A DNA stretch of 61,041 nt, the filler included. It is 6 parts of 6 records of this genome, joined end to end, with 100 filler letters (N's around TTAATTAATTAA, not from the genome) between each part and the next. Parts side by side here need not be neighbours in the genome. Positions count along the whole stretch, not along the records: positions 37,815 to 55,219 come from DRR723986_10789; positions 55,320 to 61,041 come from DRR723986_10790; 4 more parts are not named here. One strand, given 5' to 3'. A program made the position numbers and the translations under genes. This document shows, piece after piece, positions 50,806-60,605 of the stretch. Within the stretch, counting starts at the first letter, position 1, and the number at the start of each line of letters is the position of its first letter. Under the pieces are notes generated by a model. That model was given only the letters and a program-made list of their open reading frames with translations, was not told the origin of the DNA and did no database searches.

Positions 50806-51519
50806 ATGGGCATTTTAAAAAAGAATAAGGCCAAACCCTTATTACTTTTTGCGTTTATAAGCGCAGCAACAACTACTTTTATGTCTGGAGCATCAGCGCA
50901 AGATACAAACGCCTTCAGCCTGAGCGGTAGCGCCTCTCTCGTGACTGACTATCGCTTTCGCGGTTTATCCCTTTCAAATAAAGACACAGCCCTGCAGGGA
51001 AGTTTCTCTGTAAATCATGGCAGTGGTTTTTATCTTAGTACATGGGGGTCTTCGATTGAAAATTTCAACGGTGCAGAACTTGAATTAGACATCTATGGCG
51101 GCCACGCCGGCCAAATTGGCAACATCAGTACAAATGTTGGTTTTTACGCCTACACCTACCCGGGTGCGAGCGATAACACTGATTACTATGAGGTGTATGG
51201 CTCTGTTGGTGGTTCAATAGAAACACTCGGTTGGACACTAGGCGCAAACTACGCATTCGACCAAGATGGCACCGGAAACCAAGACAATATTTATGTTTAT
51301 TTGAATACTAGTACGCCCATTGCCGACACACCGTTTTCTCTGGCCGGTAACATTGCCTATGAAGACGGCGCGTTTGGCACCAACAAGTGGGATTGGTTGC
51401 TTGGCTTGTCCTACAGCTACAAACATTTCGCCTTATCAGTCAATTACATCGACACTGCTAACAAAGGTTCCAGCGCAGGCGACGCTGGTGTTATCGCCAT
51501 GTTGTCAGCTAGCTTTTAG
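50806..51519 (+). CDS. TorF family putative porin
   Basis: Signal peptide, TDYRFRGLS, ALQG, GFY..TWGS, ELDIYGG, YTYPG, terminal Phe. Confidence 0.88.
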   Translation: MGILKKNKAKPLLLFAFISAATTTFMSGASAQDTNAFSLSGSASLVTDYRFRGLSLSNKDTALQGSFSVNHGSGFYLSTWGSSIENFNGAELELDIYGGHAGQIGNISTNVGFYAYTYPGASDNTDYYEVYGSVGGSIETLGWTLGANYAFDQDGTGNQDNIYVYLNTSTPIADTPFSLAGNIAYEDGAFGTNKWDWLLGLSYSYKHFALSVNYIDTANKGSSAGDAGVIAMLSASF

Positions 51520-51561
51520 GAGGCCGCCTTACGAAAATAATCACTATTTTAAGTATCTTCC

Positions 51562-51727
51562 CAGGTCTGACATCCCAATATCAGGCCTGCCAACGGCAAG
51601 CCAACTTAATGGTTCTCTCCCCGGACAGTTTGCTCGCCGACTTCCACGCTCGGCACCCCAATGCTGAGTGGACTAAATGGCATGCCGGTGCACGGATCTC
51701 TCTCCCCGTGCACCGGCATGTCTATTT
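51562..51727 (+). ncRNA. candidate small RNA with four tandem hairpins
   Basis: Four adjacent stems with C-rich loops, G.U pairs favouring the + strand, and a last stem of 15 perfect bp. No family recognised. Confidence 0.5.
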
Positions 51728-51866
51728 CACCCTACCCCTTTGGAACTGCGGATCGTGAAAGCGAAAATAACCATTAAAAGCAATAACAATTCATTGCCCT
51801 TGAGAACACACAGCCCTAATGTGACGCTGTATTTTTAAGCACATGTTCTCAAGCAAACACCATTAA

Positions 51867-53081
<1,215 letters not shown>

Positions 53082-53141
53082 AGCACAGATTTAGCTAGAT
53101 AAAAAATAGGCTGCACACTCACATTCCAAGCATCAAATCTT

Positions 53142-53182
53142 AACAATGTAATTAATCTATATAATCGATTAATTACATTGTT
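53142..53182. promoter_or_regulatory. perfect 16-bp inverted repeat upstream of dps
   Basis: AACAATGTAATTAATC-N9-GATTAATTACATTGTT. Confidence 0.7.
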
Positions 53183-53248
53183 TTAATCTGTTTTACAAAT
53201 ATATATACACACCCCATATTCATGACATGTTCAAAAGGAGGACACGTT

Positions 53249-53713
53249 ATGACAAATGAATTTAATCAAGCTGATCAAAAGAAGATTGCCGAAAAACTGA
53301 AAACTGTACTTGCAGAAAGTGTGCAGCTTTACGTGGCGACACAAAATGTTCATTGGAATGTAACAGGACCGTTATTCCAACCTGTTCACGCGCTGACGGA
53401 AGAACAATATTTGGAGTTGGCACCAGCTATCGACGAAATTGCAGAACGTATCCGCACATTGGGAATTAAAGCACCCGGTACAATGGCGCAATATAGCGCG
53501 CTTGGCTCAATAACTGATATAGACGAGAGCGCAGATGCAGAAGAAATGGTGCGTGCCCTGAAGCAAGGCCAAAATACACTTGCAAACCGGATACGACCCC
53601 TTATTGCAGAAGCCGCCGAAGCAAACGACGAAGTTACTGCCGGGCTATTAACGGACCGGCTAACGGTTCACGAAAAAGCTCAGTGGATGTTAGGTGCAAT
53701 GCTCAGCGAGTGA
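53249..53713 (+). CDS. dps: Dps family DNA-protection ferritin-like protein
   Basis: HWNVTGP.F..VH...EEQY, DEIAERIR..G, HEKAQWML. AGGAGG SD. Confidence 0.95.
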   Translation: MTNEFNQADQKKIAEKLKTVLAESVQLYVATQNVHWNVTGPLFQPVHALTEEQYLELAPAIDEIAERIRTLGIKAPGTMAQYSALGSITDIDESADAEEMVRALKQGQNTLANRIRPLIAEAAEANDEVTAGLLTDRLTVHEKAQWMLGAMLSE

Positions 53714-53835
53714 ATGTAAAGTCTCCAATCATCTTTTCGGCGTTATTAACGCCGGAAAGCTCTGTTTCCTCTATATCAGTCAACTAATGTCAGACTGCTC
53801 TTGATGCCATAGAAACACCATGCTATTACCCGCCT

Positions 53836-53854
53836 ATTAAGAATGATTATTAAA
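53836..53854. promoter_or_regulatory. Fur-like iron box upstream of feoA
   Basis: TAAGAAT-G-ATTATTA resembles the 7-1-7 TGATAAT-N-ATTATCA, about 22 nt before the feoA start. Confidence 0.6.
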
Positions 53855-53875
53855 TTCTAACGGATATGCTTTCAA

Positions 53876-54139
53876 ATGACATCAGACCCGTCGATTCAAA
53901 ACCTAGGCGCCTGCAAACCGGGCTTTAATGGAACTATCAACGGGTTTTCGAAAGACGAAAATAACCTTGAAAATACTGCAGTGGAACAACTACGGGAGAT
54001 GGGTTTTGCCGAAGGCCTAACCGTTGCCGTGTTGCACCAAAATCCTTTCGGGAAAGACCCGATTGCGGTTCGGGTTGGTGCCATGACCATTGCTTTGCGC
54101 CGCCGCCAAGCCAATCTGGTGCAGGTGGCTCAAGCATGA
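53876..54139 (+). CDS. feoA: ferrous iron transport protein A
   Basis: LREMGF..G, PFGKDPIAVRVG..TIALRR. Overlaps the feoB start. Confidence 0.92.
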   Translation: MTSDPSIQNLGACKPGFNGTINGFSKDENNLENTAVEQLREMGFAEGLTVAVLHQNPFGKDPIAVRVGAMTIALRRRQANLVQVAQA

Positions 54140-55219
54140 GCGATCAAACAAACCAAAGCAGCGAACGACTCCCGCTTGTAGCCGTCGTTGGCAATCCAAA
54201 TTGCGGCAAGTCGGCCCTTTTTAATTCTTTAACGGGGCTTCGCCAAAAAGTGGCCAATTACCCCGGCGCAACTGTAGAACGCAGAAGTGGTCAAATTGTG
54301 GGGGCCGGAAACCTTACGCTAATTGATTTGCCCGGCGCATATAGCCTGAACGCCCGCAGTGCGGATGAAGAGGTCACACGCCAAGTTGTAACAGGCACTC
54401 ACGAAATTGAAGCCAAACCCGATGTCATCCTTAGCGTGGTAGACGCCACTAACCTGCCACAGCATATGAGGTTTGTTCTTGAACTTCGGGAATTGGGCAT
54501 ACCAATGGTTGTTGCACTTAATATGACCGATCTGGCAGCACGGGAGAGAATTTCAATTGATGTGGCGGCCCTATCTGCAAAAATTGGCGTGCCAGTTATC
54601 GAAACAGTTGCGGTCCGCAAGAAAGGCCTTGAAGATTTAAAAGACGCCCTCAGTTCAGCGGCCTTAGCCCCTGCTCCAAGTGCGCTTGATTTCGGCCAAA
54701 CTGTTCAACAACGTCAAAAAGCAGCACGAAAAATTGCCGACGCCGTTATTGTAAGCGAAGGCATCGGCCACAAGACAACACGGCGCATTGATCAAATCCT
54801 ATTAAATCCGATTATCGGGCCAATAACCTTATTTGGCATTCTTTTCATAATGTTTCAGGCAGTTTTCTCTTGGGCGAGTGCCCCGCAGGATCTCATTGAA
54901 GCGGGCATTGGCGCAACACAGACTTTTCTCGCCGGCACATTACCTGACGGCTTATTCTTAAGTTTCTTTAATGATGGCATTTTAGCAGGCGTCGGTGCTG
55001 TTGTGGTGTTTTTACCTCAAATCTTGATCTTATTTCTGTTCATTTTGATACTCGAATCCACCGGATATATGGCGCGCGCCGCCTTTATTATGGATCGTCT
55101 GATGGCGTCTGTTGGCTTGAATGGCAGAGCCTTCATTCCACTATTGTCCAGCTTTGCCTGTGCCATTCCAGGCATTATGGCGGCGCGATCAATCGCGAAT
55201 GAGCGGGACCGCCTGACAA
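54136..55219 (+). CDS. feoB: ferrous iron transport protein B (3' truncated)
   Basis: GNPNCGKS, VANYPGATVE, DLPGAYS, NMTD, LESTGYMARAAF, FACAIP. Confidence 0.95.
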
Positions 55220-55319
55220 NNNNNNNNNNNNNNNNNNNNNNNNNNNNNNNNNNNNNNNNNNNNTTAATTAATTAANNNNNNNNNNNNNNNNNNNNNNNNN
55301 NNNNNNNNNNNNNNNNNNN
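55220..55319. other. artificial contig-joining spacer
   Basis: N44-TTAATTAATTAA-N44. Confidence 0.98.
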
Positions 55320-55445
55320 GGTCACGCCGTGATCCGGCTCGTCCTGCGGAGCGCCGACATTGGCCCCCAAAGCATTGCGATATTGATCAGCCGCGGCCTC
55401 CAGATCCGGAACGGCAATGGCAACGTGGTTCAGGCGTCCAATCAT
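55320..55445 (-). CDS. mce: methylmalonyl-CoA epimerase, N-terminal fragment
   Basis: My translation is MIGRLNHVAIAVPDLEAAADQYRNALGANVGAPQDEPDHGVT, with an AAGGA SD. Not in the ORF track. Confidence 0.88.
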
Positions 55446-55575
55446 CTTATGATCCTTCGTCGTTTGAGTTGCGGTCTTATCGTCCCTGACGGGGGCAAGA
55501 GCAATGCGTCACGTTAACCTGCCATTAGCCAACGGTGCGTAACCATTGTGCTGTCAAATGATGTTGGAGGCCAGA

Positions 55576-56295
55576 ATGGATACCACGGACCCGTTTACCG
55601 CGACGATCCCCGCGCCCACGGCGGCGCGGCCACTATTGGGGCTGACCGTCCTTGTGGTTGAGGACAGCCGCTTTGCCTGTGAGGCATTGCGCCTGTTGTG
55701 TTTGCGGTCCGGGGCAAGGATCAGACGGGCGGATTGCCTACGCTCTGCCCGTCGTCATCTGCGTGTATACCGCCCGTCCGTCATTATCATTGATCTGGGC
55801 CTGCCCGATGGCAGTGGATTGGACCTGATTGAAGAACTTGCGCATAGTCAGCCTGCGATTGTCGGTATTCTGGCGATGTCGGGCGATCCTGTTCTGGAGA
55901 ATGCGGCACTGGCCAAAGGCGCTCATGGGTTTATGTCCAAACCAATTGTTGCGCTGGCCCCGTTTCAGGACAAGGTTCTGTCACTGCTGCCCCCCGAACA
56001 GCGCCCGCAAGGGCCGCGGCGCGTTGATCTGACCAAGGTTGAACCGGATCGGATCGCATACCGCGATGATATCGCGCATGTTGCTGATATTCTTGAAGAT
56101 GCCCCGACAGATCACACGCTGGATTATGTGGCGCAGTTTCTAGTCGGCGTGGCGCAGGCGGCGGGTGACGATGGTTTGGCCGATGCGGCCAAAACGCTGG
56201 CGCGACAACGGGCAAAAGGGAATACAGCCGCTTCGGATACGGCGCGTATTGCCGGGCTCATCCAAACCCGTCTGGCGGAGCGGATCGCAATTTAA
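55576..56295 (+). CDS. response regulator (REC plus uncharacterised helical C-terminal domain)
   Basis: VVEDS, IIDLGLPDGSG, MSG, MSKP. GGAGG SD before ATG 55576. Confidence 0.88.
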   Translation: MDTTDPFTATIPAPTAARPLLGLTVLVVEDSRFACEALRLLCLRSGARIRRADCLRSARRHLRVYRPSVIIIDLGLPDGSGLDLIEELAHSQPAIVGILAMSGDPVLENAALAKGAHGFMSKPIVALAPFQDKVLSLLPPEQRPQGPRRVDLTKVEPDRIAYRDDIAHVADILEDAPTDHTLDYVAQFLVGVAQAAGDDGLADAAKTLARQRAKGNTAASDTARIAGLIQTRLAERIAI

Positions 56296-56304
56296 AATCT
56301 CTGT

Positions 56305-57030
56305 TTAGAGAGTCGGATCAGAGGCGGTGCGCACCAGCCCGGTCAAATCGCCAAGGCGCTCCAACTGCTGTCCGTTGCTATCAAAATTGGCGGGGGACAA
56401 CCACGCTTCAAACGCCTCTTTCAAGGCGGGCCATTCGCTGTCTATTGCGGCGAACCAAGCGGTGTCACGGTTGCGGCCTTTGACGACAGCAGCCTGCCGA
56501 AAGACCCCTTCATAGCTGAAACCAAGCCGCTGTGCCGCGCGGCGCGACCCGACATTGAGCGCGTTGCATTTCCACTCATACCGCCGATAGCCGGCGTCAA
56601 AAGCCCATTTCATCATCAGATACATGGTTTCGGTCGCCGCACGGGTGCGCTGTAACGCCGGGCTATAGTTGATGTGGCCCACTTCGATGCTGCCCATATC
56701 CGGTGCCACCCGCAGGAAACTGGCGACACCTTCCCATGCGCCGCTTTCAAGGTTGCGGATCGCATAGAAGAACGGATCAGGTTGACCGGCATGGTCGCGC
56801 ACCCAGCGATGGTATTGGGATGCCGAAGAAAACGGACCGTAAGGCATGTAGTCCCAAACATGGTCCTGCCCCTGATAGGCCCGAAACAGCAGCGCCGCGT
56901 GCGCCTCAGCCCAAAGCGGGGCCAATTCGGCATATTGCCCTTTGAGAATCGCGCCGTCCGGGCGCGGCGGCATTGTCCAGTTCAAAACCGGTGTGCCAAG
57001 GGATGTGTCTGGATGTATCGGGTCACTCAT
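56305..57030 (-). CDS. GNAT family N-acetyltransferase (RimJ/RimL-like)
   Basis: WDYMPYGP, IEVGHI, GYRRYEWKCNALN..SRRAA.RLGF..EG, KGRNRDTAW. Confidence 0.9.
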   Translation of the reverse strand: MSDPIHPDTSLGTPVLNWTMPPRPDGAILKGQYAELAPLWAEAHAALLFRAYQGQDHVWDYMPYGPFSSASQYHRWVRDHAGQPDPFFYAIRNLESGAWEGVASFLRVAPDMGSIEVGHINYSPALQRTRAATETMYLMMKWAFDAGYRRYEWKCNALNVGSRRAAQRLGFSYEGVFRQAAVVKGRNRDTAWFAAIDSEWPALKEAFEAWLSPANFDSNGQQLERLGDLTGLVRTASDPTL

Positions 57031-57183
57031 GTGGGCAGGTTAGGCGCAGTCCCGCCCAAGGCCAAGCCCATAACGCGGCGGCAGGAGGCCCCAATCGTCG
57101 CAAAAGCAGCATAAGCGGCGCATAATCTGGCCATATTGCGATGTGATGCTGTTTTTATGCCGCTGCTCCCTGAAGAGGTCCCT

Positions 57184-57366
57184 ATGACTGATAAACCTGC
57201 CCCGCAAGACCACCGTGAAATGGAAAATCTGGTCAGCTTTGACTGGATCGTGTTCACGGCCGGTGTTGTTGGTCTGGCGGTTGTGATCATAGCCTCGCTG
57301 CGCGAAGGTGAGCATGGGCTTATTGGGCAACTGGGCAGTTATGTCGGCAACTCAAGCCTGTTCTAG
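57184..57366 (+). CDS. small single-TM protein, Flp-pilin-like
   Basis: 60 aa with GAGG SD. VSFDWIVFTAGVVGLAVVII resembles the Rhodobacteraceae pilin-like VTVDWVVLTAAIVGL motif. Confidence 0.6.
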   Translation: MTDKPAPQDHREMENLVSFDWIVFTAGVVGLAVVIIASLREGEHGLIGQLGSYVGNSSLF

Positions 57367-57377
57367 ACCCTCCTACC

Positions 57378-58553
57378 TCATCGCATTAGCCCCGGATCCG
57401 GCCCCATTTCGAGCCCCGGAAGCACTTTGTCCTGCAGGATTGTTACCGGCAGGCCTGTCATGCCGCGCATGATCCAGGCCAGAGGTGCGCGCACGTCATC
57501 GGTCGGCATCAGGTCGCGCTGTTGATAGAGCGCCTGTTCTCCCAGCCCCGGCCAGCGCCCAAACACGCGGCCGCCGCGAATGGCACCGCCTGCCATGATC
57601 ATGAGGCCTGCTGTGCCGTGATCCGTGCCGCCGGTGCCATTTTCACGGGCTGTCCGTCCAAATTCAGTGACTGCGACCACCGCCGTTTGCCCCCAAACCG
57701 CCGCGCCCAGATCCTGTTTGAGGGTGAGGATCACATCTGACAATTGCCCCAAGCTACGCGGTAGGGTGCGGGCTTGGGCGCGGTGCGTGTCCCAACCATT
57801 GAGCGAGAACGCAGCGATCCGCGCCGGGCCGCGCAACCGGTCCCCGGCAAACCTTGCGATTTCAATATGTGCCGGCCCCTTTTTGCCCGATCCCGCGCGC
57901 GGCTGCGCAGCCGAAAGCAATTGCGCCTCCATCAGAGCAGCATACATTTGCGGATCGCCCTTCATAATCTGTTCGGCCAGACGCAGGGCCTGCGGGCTGA
58001 GGTGCAGCGCCGCATCAGGGGTCCAATTGGCCACGGGTGCGGCACCATCCAACAAGGTCAGGGGCTCCTGCCCGATGCCATAGGCTGTCTCGGCCTCGAC
58101 CTGCGGCAGGAACTGCATCAACCGGTTGAGCCAGCCGTCGCGCCCTGCCCTGCCCGAATCCTGGGTGCCGGCCTCCAGCAAATCCTGACCGTCAAAATGG
58201 CTGCGCTTGTCGCGGTAGGGCGTTGAGACGGCATGCACAAATCCCAATTCTTCGCGGTGCCAAAGCGGCATGAGATTCTTTAGCGCTGGGTGGAGCGCAA
58301 AATATCCATCCAGATCAATTGGCGCGTCGCCCTTGGCCAAGGTCGGGCGCAGGGCCGCATAGGCCGGATCGCCGATGGGCCGCACCACATCCAGCCCATC
58401 CATACCTCCGCGCAGGATGATCACGACCAGACGCCCCTGCCACGGGGCATTGGCCAGGCTGAGCGGTGTCCAAAGCGGGCTGGCGGCCAGCGAACAGCCG
58501 ATCAATCCGCTCCGGGTCAGCATCTGCCTGCGGGAGAGGGGCGCATGGGTCAT
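57378..58553 (-). CDS. DUF1501 domain protein, Tat-exported
   Basis: SRRQML Tat motif, LRGGMDGL, RSHFDGQ, GWDTH, EFGRT, GTDHG. Confidence 0.9.
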   Translation of the reverse strand: MTHAPLSRRQMLTRSGLIGCSLAASPLWTPLSLANAPWQGRLVVIILRGGMDGLDVVRPIGDPAYAALRPTLAKGDAPIDLDGYFALHPALKNLMPLWHREELGFVHAVSTPYRDKRSHFDGQDLLEAGTQDSGRAGRDGWLNRLMQFLPQVEAETAYGIGQEPLTLLDGAAPVANWTPDAALHLSPQALRLAEQIMKGDPQMYAALMEAQLLSAAQPRAGSGKKGPAHIEIARFAGDRLRGPARIAAFSLNGWDTHRAQARTLPRSLGQLSDVILTLKQDLGAAVWGQTAVVAVTEFGRTARENGTGGTDHGTAGLMIMAGGAIRGGRVFGRWPGLGEQALYQQRDLMPTDDVRAPLAWIMRGMTGLPVTILQDKVLPGLEMGPDPGLMR

Positions 58554-58557
58554 CAGA

Positions 58558-59940
58558 TCACCGCCTTTGAAACGCCGGAGCGCAGAGCACCAGACCAATC
58601 GCATCGGCGCGGGTCTCTGCAGCGCTGGCGGCAAAGACCACATCAGCCGGCGCGTTCGGACCGAGCGCATCCTGCACAAAGTTGCGGGGATCCGGCAGAT
58701 CGGGCCGCAGTTGCGCCAGCGTGTTCACCGCCCAGTCCAACCGCGCCGCGATGCCCTGCGGCGTGATCCATGCGCCATCGTGTTCCGGCCAGCCGTCCGG
58801 GCCTGCCGGTTGTTGCCATGCCTGCCCCATCAGCCGCATCGGTGTGAGCAAGAGCCGCCGGATTTGGGCAGGTCTGAGCGCCTGCATCATCTCGGGCTTC
58901 ACCGCCATCGCCCGCAACGCCGCGCCAACAAATTCGTCCGGGGGCCGGATGTTTGGCGCGTGCGTGGTCCATGAGGCTGGATGGTGCAGCAAGGCCGCGT
59001 AGCATGTCATCAGATCACCGCCGCTGCCGAGATAGGTCTCCTGCAGATCCTCGATGAGATCCGGCGGCGGAGTATCGGACACAAAGTGAACCGCCAATTT
59101 GCGGGCGATATGCGCGGCGGTGGCCGGGTGCAGGGCCAGATCGGTCAAAACGGCGTGGATCGGGGCAAGCCCCGGCGGCCCGTTATAGCTGCGGCCCAGA
59201 ACGGTCTCTGCACCGGGTTCGGCCATGTTGCGACGAAACTTGAAGCTGTAATCGCGGGTGCCCGCCAGCCCCGTCAGCAGCTTGGCCAGCTCATGCACAT
59301 CGTCTTGAGTATAGGGGCCGCCGACCCCCAACGTGTGCAGCTCCAACACCTCACGGGCGAGGTTTTCATTCAAGCCCCGCTGTCTATCGGGGCGCTGTGC
59401 CGCGCGGCTGTTTGGTCCGGCAGAGGTGTTCTGATCGAGATAGTGCAACATCAGCGGATGGGTGACGCAGGCGCGCAGAAGATCGGCAAACGTGCCGCTC
59501 ACATGGGGGCGCAGGGCCTCTTCGAGATAGGCAGGTGCAGCGGCCCGCAACAGGCCGCTTTTGCCCCGTGCGGTGAAGTGATCGGCCCAAAAAGCAATCA
59601 GCCTTTCCCGAAAGGCATGCGGCGTGTCGACCCGCCGTTGGAGCGCGGCAACCGTCCAGCGTTGGCGATCGTGAAACAGGGCGCGGCGGGCAAGCTTTGC
59701 TTTTTGCTCAGCCGCCTTTCCCGCCTCGGTCTCCGGGGTCTTGCGGGCAAATCTGGAAAACCGGCGCACATAGACAATCTGGTCCTGAATGTGCCTGAAG
59801 CCGGGGATCGGATAGGCCTGTGCCATCACATCCGCGCCTTGCAGCCCCGACAACATCTGCGCCACAGAGGACGGCGGCACGATCTGCGGAGACAGCCCAT
59901 AGCCAAACCGCCGTTCCGCCATTTCGGGAGTGAAAGGCAT
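58558..59940 (-). CDS. DUF1800 domain protein
   Basis: ERLIAFWADHF, HPLMLHYLD, NENLAREVLELHTLG, YTQDDV, PDGWP. Paired with DUF1501. Confidence 0.92.
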   Translation of the reverse strand: MPFTPEMAERRFGYGLSPQIVPPSSVAQMLSGLQGADVMAQAYPIPGFRHIQDQIVYVRRFSRFARKTPETEAGKAAEQKAKLARRALFHDRQRWTVAALQRRVDTPHAFRERLIAFWADHFTARGKSGLLRAAAPAYLEEALRPHVSGTFADLLRACVTHPLMLHYLDQNTSAGPNSRAAQRPDRQRGLNENLAREVLELHTLGVGGPYTQDDVHELAKLLTGLAGTRDYSFKFRRNMAEPGAETVLGRSYNGPPGLAPIHAVLTDLALHPATAAHIARKLAVHFVSDTPPPDLIEDLQETYLGSGGDLMTCYAALLHHPASWTTHAPNIRPPDEFVGAALRAMAVKPEMMQALRPAQIRRLLLTPMRLMGQAWQQPAGPDGWPEHDGAWITPQGIAARLDWAVNTLAQLRPDLPDPRNFVQDALGPNAPADVVFAASAAETRADAIGLVLCAPAFQRR

Positions 59941-60026
59941 GGGGTCACATCCTTAATTTCCGACGCGCCAAGTATAGCTGATTGAAAATTTAGTTTTCTC
60001 TAATTGTCGCGCCGGTCCGCAGCACG

Positions 60027-60051
60027 GGAACCGGGATGGCAGCGGCGCGTT
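60027..60051 (+). promoter_or_regulatory. EcfG/sigmaT-type general stress response promoter
   Basis: GGAAC-N16-CGTT matches the consensus exactly, 28 nt before the hemerythrin ATG. Confidence 0.75.
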
Positions 60052-60079
60052 GTTACAGCAGACACAGAAAGGGATCAAA

Positions 60080-60556
60080 ATGCCATCTATTTATGACGCC
60101 ATCAAATCCGACCATGACGCACACCGCGACCTGTTGAATACATTGGAGCAGACCAGCGGTGACACCCCCGAACGCCGCGAAGCATGGGACAGTTTTTACC
60201 GCGATGTAAAATCACATGCCGCCGCGGAGGAAGAGACATTTTATTCCAAGCTTATCTCCGAAACCTGGGGGCAGGATTCGGCCCGCCATTCGGTACACGA
60301 GCATCAGCAGCTGGACGATCTGATGGAAGAGCTGAACGAGATGGACATGTCCTCCCCCGGTTGGCTCACCAAGTTCAAAACGCTCAAGCATGACTATGAG
60401 CATCACATCGACGAAGAAGAGAACGAAGTGTTCACCCGCGCTCGCGAGACCATCGGCGAGGAACACAATGAAGCATTCGGCCAGCGTTTTGAGGAGCGCA
60501 AGAAAGAGGAACGCGGGCTGATTGAGGAAAAGCGCGAGGACAGTCTGGAAGACTGA
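60080..60556 (+). CDS. hemerythrin (HHE) domain protein
   Basis: DH, H-AAA-EE..FY, EH, HHIDEEE..VF motifs. Confidence 0.9.
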   Translation: MPSIYDAIKSDHDAHRDLLNTLEQTSGDTPERREAWDSFYRDVKSHAAAEEETFYSKLISETWGQDSARHSVHEHQQLDDLMEELNEMDMSSPGWLTKFKTLKHDYEHHIDEEENEVFTRARETIGEEHNEAFGQRFEERKKEERGLIEEKREDSLED

Positions 60557-60573
60557 TCAACCATCGCCAAAAG

Positions 60574-60601
60574 AAAAGGGCCGCATCGCAGCGGCCCTTT
60601 T
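60574..60601. terminator. bidirectional intrinsic terminator
   Basis: AAAAGGGCCGC-atcgca-GCGGCCCTTTT between convergent genes. Confidence 0.85.
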
Positions 60602-60605
60602 GTAA

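Noticed and set aside
51320..51667. 115-aa ORF overlapping the torF end and the hairpin region
   Set aside because: Out of frame with torF and lacking motifs. The RNA structure explains the region better.
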